Shown here: one piece after another, positions 30,480 to 40,379 of the stretch
Position numbering within the stretch: the stretch's first letter is position 1
How the letters are laid out: every line of letters starts with the position of its first letter
NCBI GenBank assembly: GCA_023379265.1
Contig: JAMCUI010000011.1
Span: forward strand, 4,030 to 68,029
Reading direction: 5' to 3'
Origin: Patescibacteria group bacterium
GTDB taxonomy: Bacteria > Patescibacteriota > Microgenomatia > 2-02-FULL-39-11
Length of the DNA: 64,000 nucleotides
Notes under the pieces: generated by a model
Told to the model about the DNA's origin: nothing
Database searches by the model: none
What the model saw: only the letters and a program-made list of their open reading frames with translations
Translations under genes and position numbers: made by a program

Positions 30480-31076
30480 TTATATCTGATACACCTGTTT
30501 AATAAAATATTCGTGGAAAGTTGTTGTTGTCAGTTCAGGGTGGAAACAGGACGCTAAATAATAGTTACCATCTATTTTCTGTTCACAGGCAATAGTTTCT
30601 CCCTCATTTTCGGCAAGTACATTTACATCTGTTTCTACTTTTAATATCCTTGGTGCACGAATAAAGACTGCACGAATATAGCCTAATTTTGTTTTTATAT
30701 CTTTATCAAATGAATCTGTCTGTCTTCCATAAGCATTTCTGTCTATTTCAATATCCATTAGTTCAAGAGTTTTCTGCCCGGGTATTTTATGATTTATCAC
30801 TTTGGCAAGCATAATAGCACCGGCACAGGTTCCGAATATATTTTTTATTTTTTTCATCTTTTCCCACATACCTTCCCTTTCACATAATTTATAAAGGGTA
30901 GTACTTTCTCCTCCTGGAATAATAAGAGCATCAAGATGGGAAATAATATCTTTCGTACGAACGGAAACTATTTCAATATCTAATTGAAGTTTTTTGGCTG
31001 AGAGCTTTGTTGTTTCAATATGCTCTATAACATCACCGTGAAAGGCGAGGACTCCGATAATCTTTCTTGATTTCAT
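30480..31076 (-). CDS. pdxT: PLP synthase glutaminase subunit
   Basis: PGGESTT, GTCAG, RNAYGRQ, FIRAP, FHPE. Confidence 0.94.
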   Translation of the reverse strand: MKSRKIIGVLAFHGDVIEHIETTKLSAKKLQLDIEIVSVRTKDIISHLDALIIPGGESTTLYKLCEREGMWEKMKKIKNIFGTCAGAIMLAKVINHKIPGQKTLELMDIEIDRNAYGRQTDSFDKDIKTKLGYIRAVFIRAPRILKVETDVNVLAENEGETIACEQKIDGNYYLASCFHPELTTTTFHEYFIKQVYQI

Positions 31077-31098
31077 GAGTTGTTATCATTACGGTTTT

Positions 31099-31977
31099 TT
31101 ATATACCACGGGATGCCATTTTTGTTTCTAAAGTGGCAATTTCCAGACCTTTCATGGCTTCACCCAAATTTTCGCTTGCCTTGGCTATTTTACCGGGATC
31201 TTTAAAATGGGCGGTTGCGTCAACAATGGCTTGAGCCATTTTTACCGGTTCATTGCTTTTGAAAATTCCTGATCCGACAAAGACACCATCAACTCCAAGC
31301 TGCATGCAAAGCGCAGCATCGGATGGAGTAGCGATACCTCCTGCGGCAAAATTAACAACAGTTAGTCTTCCCAGCTTTGCCGTTTGCAAAACCAAATCAT
31401 ATGATACACGATATTCTTTGGCTTTATCTTTTAATTTATTTAATTGCTTATTTTTGAGTAAATTCTTTAACTCATCACAACCTCTATTTACCGCTCTGAT
31501 ATGTCTGACAGCTTCAACTATATTACCTGTTCCGGCCTCTCCTTTGGTTCGTATCATAGCAGCTCCTTCTTCAATCCTACGGAGTGCTTCTCCTAAATTA
31601 CGGCAACCGCAGACAAAGGGTACCTTGAATTTAGTCTTATCTATGTGAAATTCCTCATCTGCCGGAGTCAGAACTTCGCTCTCATCTACAAAGTCTACCT
31701 TCAAAGATTCGAGAACCTGCGCTTCGACAAAATGTCCTATGCGGCACTTAGCCATAACAGGAATAGTAACAGCCTCTTGAATTTCTTTTATTTTGGTCGG
31801 ATCAGACATACGAGCCACTCCTCCGGCTGCACGGATATCTGAAGGAACCCGTTCAAGAGCCATGACTGCTACCGCACCTGCTTTCTCGGCAATCTTCGCA
31901 TGTTCGGCGTTGACCACATCCATGATTACGCCGCCTTTTAACATCTGGGCCAAGTTTTTTCCAAGTTTGTTGTCCAT
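31099..31977 (-). CDS. pdxS: PLP synthase subunit
   Basis: [38 protein letters not shown]. Confidence 0.96.
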   Translation of the reverse strand: MDNKLGKNLAQMLKGGVIMDVVNAEHAKIAEKAGAVAVMALERVPSDIRAAGGVARMSDPTKIKEIQEAVTIPVMAKCRIGHFVEAQVLESLKVDFVDESEVLTPADEEFHIDKTKFKVPFVCGCRNLGEALRRIEEGAAMIRTKGEAGTGNIVEAVRHIRAVNRGCDELKNLLKNKQLNKLKDKAKEYRVSYDLVLQTAKLGRLTVVNFAAGGIATPSDAALCMQLGVDGVFVGSGIFKSNEPVKMAQAIVDATAHFKDPGKIAKASENLGEAMKGLEIATLETKMASRGI

Positions 31978-31995
31978 AGTTATAGTTTAATAAAA

Positions 31996-32838
31996 TTATT
32001 TATAAACCTCAATAGGAACAAAAGTACTACCTTGCAAAACTTGAGCAACCTTATCCATTTGAGTTTCAGTCAGTGCTGTTACGTAAGATTCCGCAGGGGG
32101 TCGGGAAACGGTATATAGTTGTATTGCTGAAATTTGGCCACCGTTCTCAATAATATGATTTACTCTGTCAGCATATGCCTTGAGTTCATCCTCCCCAGGC
32201 ATTTCACCATGAACATTCATAAAGCACGACTGAATTTTAATAGGGCGTTCTTTGGCTGTAGTTAAAATGTTAGTTAAGACTTTATTAAAAGGTACTCTCG
32301 TTTGAGCGATACGTTTATAATAATCCTCTGTTCCTGCATCCAGTTTTGCCCAAAGTTCACCGTTATGCTCATCCATAAACCGTAAACCCTTTTTAACAGT
32401 ATCTCTATGTAACCCAGAAGCGTTTGAGATAACTACGAACTTGGCATCGGATAAACCAAATTCATCTCTAATAGCAATGGCTCTTTTTACTACTTCCTCA
32501 AAATTCAGTAAAGATGAGGGTTCTCCATCTCCTGAAAGAGTGATTGCTTTGATCGGCTGATCGCCCATACTACCACCTTTTATATCGGTTAATACTTTTC
32601 TTAACTGAGTATCAGCCAAATCAGCGTTGAATTTCATTATGCCGCCCTCTACCGTGCGGTCAACCTCACAGTAAATACAACCGAAATTGCATATTTTCGA
32701 GGGGGAGGTATTAATTCCAACGGAAAGACCGCTAACTCTTCTGGAAAGAACCGGATAAATTAAACTTCCTTCTCCATAATAACTTCTGTCATGTAAAGTT
32801 GTGGTTAGTTCTGGTTGTCGGTCATCACGTTCATCCAT
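31996..32838 (-). CDS. Radical SAM protein
   Basis: CNFGCIYC motif, SGDGEP, KLDA; start uncertain. Confidence 0.85.
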   Translation of the reverse strand: MDERDDRQPELTTTLHDRSYYGEGSLIYPVLSRRVSGLSVGINTSPSKICNFGCIYCEVDRTVEGGIMKFNADLADTQLRKVLTDIKGGSMGDQPIKAITLSGDGEPSSLLNFEEVVKRAIAIRDEFGLSDAKFVVISNASGLHRDTVKKGLRFMDEHNGELWAKLDAGTEDYYKRIAQTRVPFNKVLTNILTTAKERPIKIQSCFMNVHGEMPGEDELKAYADRVNHIIENGGQISAIQLYTVSRPPAESYVTALTETQMDKVAQVLQGSTFVPIEVYK

Positions 32839-32919
32839 ACCGTGCTCTACCTTACTGCTAATAACTGTCTTTGTCAAGAAAAATAGGTTTTGTTAAGGTT
32901 TGGAAAGGTCTTGGAAATC

Positions 32920-33210
32920 TTATGGTTTAAAAAATTTCGCCAAACTTAGCTTATACATCGATTCTATAAAATCTGATCCTGCGTAACCGGCAAGCAACGA
33001 GGCTCTCCAATCTCCATTAAACACTACTCCCCCAAACTGTCCCACAATCATGGAAATAACAAGAGTCGCTGCAAAATATTGCCACTGGAATTTGAAAGTC
33101 TTCGGATCAAATGTCTGGGATTTAGTAACGCCAACTAAACCCCTGACTAAACCTCCTAATCCTCCGGCCAGAAATTGTAATAAGGCTGGTGAAATATTCA
33201 TAAAACTCAC
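32920..33210 (-). CDS. Small hydrophobic hypothetical protein
   Basis: 96 aa with GxxxG-rich helices; GGAGG upstream. Confidence 0.7.
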   Translation of the reverse strand: MSFMNISPALLQFLAGGLGGLVRGLVGVTKSQTFDPKTFKFQWQYFAATLVISMIVGQFGGVVFNGDWRASLLAGYAGSDFIESMYKLSLAKFFKP

Positions 33211-33216
33211 CTCCTA

Positions 33217-34608
33217 TCATAAATGATAAATAGTTGCTTTTCCCTTTCCCTCCATCCTTATTTTCCCGGAAGAAACCAAAGCATGTAAGTACTCTGTGGC
33301 TGTAGTCTGGGAAACATGAAGATAATCCCTGATGTTTTTATTATTGGCTTTTGGTTTAGACTGAAGGAACTGGATGATTTTATTTAAGTTTTCTTCCCTT
33401 TTCTCAATTCTTTTCCGGTTGGCTTTCTGGAGTCTGGAATCAACCTCCAGAGTAATTCTTTCTTCAGCTCTCTTATCTACTTCTGCTTCGTCAAAAACTC
33501 GAACTTCCTTAACCACTTCTTTTATAACTTCCACCGGTTTTTCGATAATAACCGGTTCAGGAACAACGGGTGCAGTTGTCGGAGGTGAGACGCTTGGTGG
33601 GTTGGGGACTGATGCCGGGGCTTGGGATTGTTGCTGTTGGAGCTGTTGGGAAACCGGCTGAGAATTTCCGGTTGCAGGTTGTGGACTGTCTGAAGGTGCA
33701 GCAGAAGCTGGATCTATCAGATCACCAAAGGAAACGGAAGGATTGGGAGTATCAGAAACCGGAGTTTGAACCGGCAATGGTGAAGTATTGGAATCTGACT
33801 TTCCGGAAAGTATATCCCCAAAGGATAAATTATTGTTTTTTTCAGGAATTTTCTCCTCGGATGGGGCTATTTGGGGACTATCAGAAGGCTCTGGCTGGAT
33901 TTCGGCCGAATCTACCCCCGGAATTTCCGTAGCACTTATAGAAGCATCATTTGGGGCTTCTGATTGCACCTGTTCGACCTGAATCGGTAGTGTTCCGGTG
34001 TTTTGAACGGTATCGGAATTTGGCTGTAAAGATGACTGTTCAGGCTGAACTGGAACCTGATTTTCGTTTATCGGATCGGCCGGATTCGTTGAATCTGTCT
34101 GTGAATCGGCCGGTTTGGCATCAACGGGAATTTCAGGCTGCTGCACTTCAGAAACGGAATCCTCTTTCGCTGAAGCACCGGCTGACAATTCGGCCGGAAT
34201 GGAATCAACAATTTCTTCCGGAATCTTAACTTCGGAAACTGGATCGGCCGGAATGGTAGGTTCTGACTGGATGCTTATATCGGCAGATTGGGTAGGAGAT
34301 TGAACTCGTCCGGAATCGGCCGGAATGGTGGAAACCGGCCGATTGGAATCAGAACTAATGGTCTGCTCAGAAGTTAAAGCTGTCGTTTGTGAATCGGCCG
34401 GAATGGTCCCCGACTCTCCGGTCGGGGTAAAGGAAACCGGCCGATTGGTGTCTGATCCGACCAATTGATCACCGGAAGCTGAATCTGAAGTGGGCTGGTT
34501 AACCGCTGGAGGGGAAGGCGAGGAAGTATCCTCCGGTAAACTGCTAAAGTCCTGATTATCCCGGACAGTCCGGGAACTGGAATCATCAGCCATGGGTATA
34601 TCCAGCAT
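33217..34608 (-). CDS. Pro/Ser/Gln-rich low-complexity protein with C-terminal winged HTH
   Basis: Repeated (T)IPADS units; C-terminal NNKNIRDYLHVSQTTATEYLHALVSSGKI...G. Confidence 0.7.
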   Translation of the reverse strand: MLDIPMADDSSSRTVRDNQDFSSLPEDTSSPSPPAVNQPTSDSASGDQLVGSDTNRPVSFTPTGESGTIPADSQTTALTSEQTISSDSNRPVSTIPADSGRVQSPTQSADISIQSEPTIPADPVSEVKIPEEIVDSIPAELSAGASAKEDSVSEVQQPEIPVDAKPADSQTDSTNPADPINENQVPVQPEQSSLQPNSDTVQNTGTLPIQVEQVQSEAPNDASISATEIPGVDSAEIQPEPSDSPQIAPSEEKIPEKNNNLSFGDILSGKSDSNTSPLPVQTPVSDTPNPSVSFGDLIDPASAAPSDSPQPATGNSQPVSQQLQQQQSQAPASVPNPPSVSPPTTAPVVPEPVIIEKPVEVIKEVVKEVRVFDEAEVDKRAEERITLEVDSRLQKANRKRIEKREENLNKIIQFLQSKPKANNKNIRDYLHVSQTTATEYLHALVSSGKIRMEGKGKATIYHL

Positions 34609-34683
34609 AACATAAAATGAGAATCACATGAATATTATATGAATGGCTCCAGAGGTAAAGATCATGACTGGATTTACACAATC

Positions 34684-35790
34684 CTAATTTACGATTTTCT
34701 CCCAAGGAAATATGCTCCTGCCGAAATGCCCGTAACAGGCAGCCGGAAGATATATAGGCCGCAAGAGGTCAAAAGCGCTGATGATGCCGGAAACGGATAG
34801 ATCAAGGAGATTCCAGGCATATTTCTCTATCTTTCTTTTATCTTCCATCTCTGTCCCGAATGTCTCCACCGCTTTAGCAAAAGGGGTTTTCTTTCCTATA
34901 ACGTAGGCTACCTGTACTTCACACCGGCTGGCCATTTTCCGGGCAACAATATTTTTGGCGATAAAACGGGCAGCATAAGCACCGATTCTATCCACCTTGC
35001 TGGGGTCTTTTCCGGAAAAACAACCGCCTCCGTGCCGACCCATTCCCCCGTAGGTGTCTACCATAATCTTCCTGCCTGTCAGTCCGGTATCTGAAGCCGG
35101 ACCGCCAATTTCCCATCTCCCCGTACCGTTTACAACCAGATCTTTCTCATCGCATTGGAATCCGTATCCGGAAAAGACAGGAGTCACAACATTTTTCCAG
35201 AGTACTGATTTTAATTCACCGTTTGCAATTTCGCGATTATGGGGTACCGCCAGAACCACTTTATCGACCGCCTCCGGTTTCCCCTTCTCATAAACTACCC
35301 TAACCTGGCTTTTTCCGTCCGGCCGCAAAAAGGAATATTCTTTTTTCTTCTTTATATTGTCCAGGCGGCTGATAAGCTTATGCGAGAGCATAATAGGAAG
35401 TGGCATCAACTCCTCTGTTTCGCTAGTAGCGTAACCAAACATCATCCCCTGATCACCCGCTCCCCCTTTTGTCACTCCGATGTCTATATCTGCCGATTGC
35501 TGGTGAATAAAATTTTCTACGGGAGAGTGAAAACTGAAATTATATATATCGTTTGTATAACCGGATTTCCTTATAATTCTTCTAGCGATACTAACATAAT
35601 CCACTTTCGCACAAGACTTCACTTCGCCTGCAATAATCAGACGATTTGCAGTAGCCAAACATTCGACAGCTGTATGGGAATTCCTGTCCTGGGACAAACA
35701 TTCATCCAAAATGGAATCCGAAATCTGGTCGCAGATTTTATCCGGATGACCGCAGGAAACTGATTCTGAAGTAAAGTATCTGTAATTCAT
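34684..35790 (-). CDS. metK: S-adenosylmethionine synthetase
   Basis: ESVSCGHPDK, GAGDQG, DTGLTGRK, GGGCFSGKDPSKVDR. Confidence 0.96.
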   Translation of the reverse strand: MNYRYFTSESVSCGHPDKICDQISDSILDECLSQDRNSHTAVECLATANRLIIAGEVKSCAKVDYVSIARRIIRKSGYTNDIYNFSFHSPVENFIHQQSADIDIGVTKGGAGDQGMMFGYATSETEELMPLPIMLSHKLISRLDNIKKKKEYSFLRPDGKSQVRVVYEKGKPEAVDKVVLAVPHNREIANGELKSVLWKNVVTPVFSGYGFQCDEKDLVVNGTGRWEIGGPASDTGLTGRKIMVDTYGGMGRHGGGCFSGKDPSKVDRIGAYAARFIAKNIVARKMASRCEVQVAYVIGKKTPFAKAVETFGTEMEDKRKIEKYAWNLLDLSVSGIISAFDLLRPIYLPAACYGHFGRSIFPWEKIVN

Positions 35791-35796
35791 AGCCAC

Positions 35797-35945
35797 AAAA
35801 AAACCTCCGGTAAAGAGGTAAAAGGTTTCCTCTTTAAACAGGCTTATCTTTGCTAGCTGGCACCCTTACCTTCCGGGTTGCCGGATGATTTTACAAGCTA
35901 GAACTTGCTACCTTGTTTCAGGTATTCTCATCTCTCTTGATAGAT
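35797..35945 (-). ncRNA. SAM-I family riboswitch (no P4, extra hairpin in P2) with downstream terminator
   Basis: AUCAAGAG...CCGGCAACC...GGUGCCA...AGAUAAG; CUAGC/GCUAG pseudoknot; ACCUCU-UUACC-GGAGGU-U-run directly upstream of metK. Confidence 0.85.
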
Positions 35946-36036
35946 TATCCATTTCCCAGGATGATTTGATTTGTTATTAAGTTTACAAAATTAGTCAAAA
36001 AAAAGTCAATATACAATTGGTATATAATACTAAAAT

Positions 36037-36480
36037 ATGGATACGCTTCCCGACGAGAATTCCAAAAAATTCGTTGCGGTTCTAAACAAAAAAATAGAGG
36101 CGGGAAAACTCATGAATGCCCTGGGACATATGACTGCCGGGCTTGCCGGTGGATACGGTAAGGAGAAAGAGATGTGCTTTCTGGAATACTGCGATAAGGA
36201 TAATGGAAAACATCCCTTTATCTCACATTTCCCTTTTATTGTCCTGAGGGCTGACAATTCCAACCAAATAAGAACCGCCAGAAAAGAGGCTGCAGCAAGG
36301 AATATCATCTTCACCGACTTTACAAGCACCATGACGGTGGGAACATCAGCCGAGCAAGTCCAAAGAACTTCTGAGACTCCAGAAGCCGAACTGGAATATT
36401 ACGGCATATGTATGTTTGGGGATACGGCAGCTCTAAATGAATTTACCAAAAAGTTTTCCCTATGGAGGGAAGACGCGTGA
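36037..36480 (+). CDS. DUF2000-like protein
   Basis: K.VAVLN..GKLMNALGH...FT.TM...EYYGICMFG...FTKKFSL pattern (recalled family). Confidence 0.6.
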   Translation: MDTLPDENSKKFVAVLNKKIEAGKLMNALGHMTAGLAGGYGKEKEMCFLEYCDKDNGKHPFISHFPFIVLRADNSNQIRTARKEAAARNIIFTDFTSTMTVGTSAEQVQRTSETPEAELEYYGICMFGDTAALNEFTKKFSLWREDA

Positions 36481-36553
36481 AACCTATATAGACAAACTCA
36501 AACAGCAAATAAAACAACAGCAAGATAATAGAAAAAGAATTCTCAAACCTGAA

Positions 36554-37057
36554 TCAACCAGCCGGGCGGATAAAATATCTGTATCTGCCGCTCTTCCTAA
36601 ATAACTTTGGAATGGCATCTTTGATAAAATTTAAGTTTAGCCTTTCCCAGAACTGTCTTAGAAGAAATACCTTTATCTCTCCGGGTAAACCCATATAGCT
36701 AATTTTGCGGAAATTCAATCCTTTCACAATATGCCCCACTTTTTTGTTGGAACTCCCTATATAAAGATTGTTTGCCCTGTATCTTTCCACCACCCGCGAT
36801 AACAATCTCTTGCCGTATCCTTTTCCCTGAAATTCTTTCAGAATAATGACTGGCCCCAACTTCAACCAATTTTCCAAGGGTATGACGACACATACTCCTA
36901 TAAATTTGTCGTCTTTTAAGATGATAAAAGGATTCTGAAAACCTTCCCAAGTCTTCTTTGCATACAAGCCGACATCGGGAAAAAATGGAGACTGGGACAA
37001 TAAAAGCATGATTTCGCTATCCGCAAGTTTTCTTTGAAAAATTGAGATTTTGGGCAT
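36554..37057 (-). CDS. GNAT acetyltransferase
   Basis: EFQGKGYGKRLL acetyl-CoA motif A; start probably MPKIS at 37057. Confidence 0.75.
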   Translation of the reverse strand: MPKISIFQRKLADSEIMLLLSQSPFFPDVGLYAKKTWEGFQNPFIILKDDKFIGVCVVIPLENWLKLGPVIILKEFQGKGYGKRLLSRVVERYRANNLYIGSSNKKVGHIVKGLNFRKISYMGLPGEIKVFLLRQFWERLNLNFIKDAIPKLFRKSGRYRYFIRPAG

Positions 37058-37073
37058 ATAATTCATATCACAT

Positions 37074-37196
37074 ATGAGCAAGGAAATTTACGAAACAGCA
37101 AAGAACGCAGAAAATATAAAGGAATTCCTGAAAAAGTGGGGTACTAGAATAGGTCTTCTCGCCATAGGTATTATCGGTCTCTCTTTTATACTCTAA
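37074..37196 (+). CDS. Small (40 aa) protein with C-terminal hydrophobic tail, absent from the ORF track
   Basis: MSKEIYETAKNAENIKEFLKKWGTRIGLLAIGIIGLSFIL*, preceded by TTGAAA-17bp-TATAAT (37034-37062). Confidence 0.55.
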   Translation: MSKEIYETAKNAENIKEFLKKWGTRIGLLAIGIIGLSFIL

Positions 37197-37200
37197 ATTT

Positions 37201-38346
37201 TTAGACTTTCCCTTCTTTTATCTTTTCTCTGATTTTTTCGACCAGTGTATTGAAGTAATAGAGATTGTGCAAAGTCAAAAGCCGTAAACCTAAAATTTCT
37301 CTGGCTCTTATCAGATGATTGATATAATAACGGGGAAAATCCCCTGTGCAGACAGTACATAGACAATCTTTATCAAGCGGGCTTTTTTCACTCTCATACT
37401 CACTCTTTCTGAAATTCAACCTTCCTTCCCGCGTAAACGCTATTCCCCGCCTGCCATAATGCGTCGGAACGGTACAATCAAAAAGATCAATTCCCTCTTT
37501 TATGATAAGCTCCATATCCTCCGGATACCCTATGCCAAGCAGATGACGCGGTTTCCCCTCATCAAGGATTGGCAGCGTCCAGCGCAAAATGTCCCTGGTA
37601 TCGGTCTTACTTTCACCCAAATCGCCTCCGATACCAAAACCCTCAAAGCCTAATGAATTGATATACCTGGCACTCTCTTCCCGAAGTTCACGGAAGTTGG
37701 ATCCCTGGACTATACCAAAAAGCGCCTGTTTTGTCCTGTGCGTCTCCCGGCAAATCTTGGCCCAGCGGTGTGTACGCAAAAGAGAAAGGCGGGCATAATC
37801 CCTGGTAATAAGGGGAGGCGTACACTCGTCAAAAGCAAAGATGATATCAGCTCCAAGCTTTTCCTGTATACTGATTGACTCTTTGGGACCTATAAAAAGT
37901 TTTTGACCATCAAAAGGAGAAGAAAAATAAACACCATCTTGTGTGATTTTCAACCCTTTGGGCTGGTCTTTAACATCAACTTTGAGCTTTTGCCTGCCAG
38001 GGAAATACTTGATTTTCTTGCCTATTCCAAAATCCAGACCAAAACCGAGACTAAATACCTGAAATCCGGCGGAATCGGTCATAGTCACTCCATCCCAAGC
38101 CATAAATTTATTCAAGCCGCCCAATTTTGAAATAACCTCCTCACCTGGCTGTTCGTGAAGATAAAAGGTATTGGAAATGGCAATTTTGGACTTGGCCATC
38201 TTGAGTTCGCCACTTGTAATAGTCTTTACTGCTGCCTGAGTGGCGACTGCGACAAGAGCGGGTGTCTCTACCACTCCATGGGGGGTGGCGAGAAGCCCCA
38301 GCCGGGCCTGTGATTTTTGCGATCTTTGTAGAACTGTAAATTTCAT
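37201..38346 (-). CDS. tgt: tRNA-guanine transglycosylase
   Basis: TPHG, TDSAGFQVFSL, FDECT, GIVQG, PRHLLGIG, CxCxxC...H zinc site. Confidence 0.92.
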   Translation of the reverse strand: MKFTVLQRSQKSQARLGLLATPHGVVETPALVAVATQAAVKTITSGELKMAKSKIAISNTFYLHEQPGEEVISKLGGLNKFMAWDGVTMTDSAGFQVFSLGFGLDFGIGKKIKYFPGRQKLKVDVKDQPKGLKITQDGVYFSSPFDGQKLFIGPKESISIQEKLGADIIFAFDECTPPLITRDYARLSLLRTHRWAKICRETHRTKQALFGIVQGSNFRELREESARYINSLGFEGFGIGGDLGESKTDTRDILRWTLPILDEGKPRHLLGIGYPEDMELIIKEGIDLFDCTVPTHYGRRGIAFTREGRLNFRKSEYESEKSPLDKDCLCTVCTGDFPRYYINHLIRAREILGLRLLTLHNLYYFNTLVEKIREKIKEGKV

Positions 38347-38441
38347 AAAAGGCTGAATATATCAGTATTTCGGTCTTGCCTGAGCTCTGCAGACCAAAAA
38401 AGATGGAAATAACACCGCTAAATTAATGCTAAAATATCACT

Positions 38442-39626
38442 ATGACCCCCAAAATCATAAAAGCTGTACTTGTCCCTCTTATATCTGGAATTATAGCAGG
38501 CATACTCATCTTTTTCTTTTTACCTAAACTTCCGCTTTCTCCTGACAATCCCCTCTACAGTTTATTGGGAATAAGGAAAATGCGGGTAATCGGTTTTGAG
38601 CCTTATTGGCTCCTGACTCGGTCCGACAAAAACTATACCCCCTACCTGACAGACTTGACTTATTTTGGCTTAAATATCGGCCCAGACGGACACTTGGTAA
38701 AACTTGCAAACACAAAGGAGGAAGATCCTTCCTGGACATGGTTTAAGGGAAATACTCTTTCTAGCAGGTTAAAAACGGTTACCAAAGATGGACTGACCAC
38801 CACTTTACTGCTTTTTAATGCCAATGAAAAAGATATAACCGCACTTTTATCTGACCCCTTGACAAATGCTAGGAATATGATGGATGACGCCGTACCCCTA
38901 ATGGCAAAATACGGATATAAAAACCTGAATCTGGATATAGAAAGTTTCAAAGAGGCTTCGGCCGAGGACAAGATACGCTTTACTGAATTCGTCCATAATG
39001 TCAAAAACCTGCTAAAGATTAACGGCAAGGGTAGTCTGATTGTCGATTTCAGCCCGTCTGTATTTTATAAAAATTACATCATCGACCCGGCGGGCGTAGC
39101 CCAATATGCGGACTTTGTCATCATAATGGCGTATGACTACAATTATTCGGGTTCTTTCCTGACAGGGCCGGTAGCTCCTCTTTCTGGAGCCGGCATCAAC
39201 CGAGAGACAGATGTGGAATCAGCAATAAAGGATGCCAAAAAAATCATACCCGAAAACAAAATCGTATTGGGTATACCACTTTATGGTTATGAATGGGATA
39301 CGCTCTTAAAAGAACCTGGAATTGCGGCAATTCCCAACTCGTCATCTGTGGCAAGCAATAACAGAATCACCAAACTATTGTCATCATGCAAGACTTGTAC
39401 CAGGTCTTTTGATATCGACTCTATGTCTCCCTATATCATCTATCAGGAAAAAGATGCAGACTATTACCATCAAATATATTTTGAAGATAAAGAATCTTTA
39501 GAGGCAAAATTGCAGGTAGCAGAAAAAAACGGACTGGCCGGCGTGGCCCTGTGGGCTCTGGGATACGAGGGAAACGACATGCTTTCACCTCTTTCAAACT
39601 ACAAAAAAACTTACCTGAAACTTTAA
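38442..39626 (+). CDS. GH18 glycoside hydrolase, membrane anchored
   Basis: LNLDIE, IMAYDY, GPVAPL, LGIPLYG, GVALWALG. Confidence 0.88.
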   Translation: MTPKIIKAVLVPLISGIIAGILIFFFLPKLPLSPDNPLYSLLGIRKMRVIGFEPYWLLTRSDKNYTPYLTDLTYFGLNIGPDGHLVKLANTKEEDPSWTWFKGNTLSSRLKTVTKDGLTTTLLLFNANEKDITALLSDPLTNARNMMDDAVPLMAKYGYKNLNLDIESFKEASAEDKIRFTEFVHNVKNLLKINGKGSLIVDFSPSVFYKNYIIDPAGVAQYADFVIIMAYDYNYSGSFLTGPVAPLSGAGINRETDVESAIKDAKKIIPENKIVLGIPLYGYEWDTLLKEPGIAAIPNSSSVASNNRITKLLSSCKTCTRSFDIDSMSPYIIYQEKDADYYHQIYFEDKESLEAKLQVAEKNGLAGVALWALGYEGNDMLSPLSNYKKTYLKL

Positions 39627-39627
39627 C

Positions 39628-40296
39628 CTACCTTATCTCCACTGTTTTTGAAGAATTATCATAAACGGCTTTTTTATCTTGCGAAAGATTATAGACTTTG
39701 GTATTATTATCTTTGTCTTCATATCCAATGACGGCAGAACCTTGTAAATCCGTCGTAGAAACGGTACCGGAATAAATATCTGTTGTAATCTTTGCTTCCC
39801 CGCTCAGACTCACCAGTGAATTCAGACTGCGAACTGCCAATTTTTCGCCTCCAGAGGCCTTATACGAGACTGTCCCTGACTTTTGCCAAAAGAGAAATTG
39901 GTTGGGAGTAAGATTGGAAAAAACCAATTCAGTCTCAGCACCGACTTTTAGATCTGCATAATTGGTAAAAGACACTAAAGCAGACGATTGATAACCAGTC
40001 AGGATAGCATCACCCAGAACGATCTTGGCCGAAGTGGAAGCCGCAGAAAAACTGTCTTTATCAAAAGGCTGCAGCTTTACATCACCTGAAATTTCAATTA
40101 TTGTCCCCTGCCTGCTTGCTGCGGGAGGAGTAAGTGTAATATCCAATGTCCGAGGTATAAATGGTTTCTCTTTGATTTTCTTTACCTGAAAATATCTTAC
40201 CGTCAAAACAGTAAAAACACCTAAGGTGAAAAAAGGATTATAGTGAGCAAACTTTTCCACATCTTGGATAATAATTATAAACCATCTCGCTAACAT
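39628..40296 (-). CDS. FecR-like beta-domain protein
   Basis: ISGDV...GDAILTG..S.A...F pattern; start uncertain. Confidence 0.5.
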   Translation of the reverse strand: MLARWFIIIIQDVEKFAHYNPFFTLGVFTVLTVRYFQVKKIKEKPFIPRTLDITLTPPAASRQGTIIEISGDVKLQPFDKDSFSAASTSAKIVLGDAILTGYQSSALVSFTNYADLKVGAETELVFSNLTPNQFLFWQKSGTVSYKASGGEKLAVRSLNSLVSLSGEAKITTDIYSGTVSTTDLQGSAVIGYEDKDNNTKVYNLSQDKKAVYDNSSKTVEIR

Positions 40297-40379
40297 ATAG
40301 TTGATTGTTTGCTATTTCACAAAATTCTGTCAGTTTTGTATAATCCACATTCATATAAATCACGTTTGAGAAATTTATT

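Noticed and set aside
36481-36603. Open plus-strand frame after the DUF2000-like gene (IDKLKQQIKQQQ...)
   Set aside because: No start codon or motif, and it overlaps the GNAT 3' end; at most a remnant.
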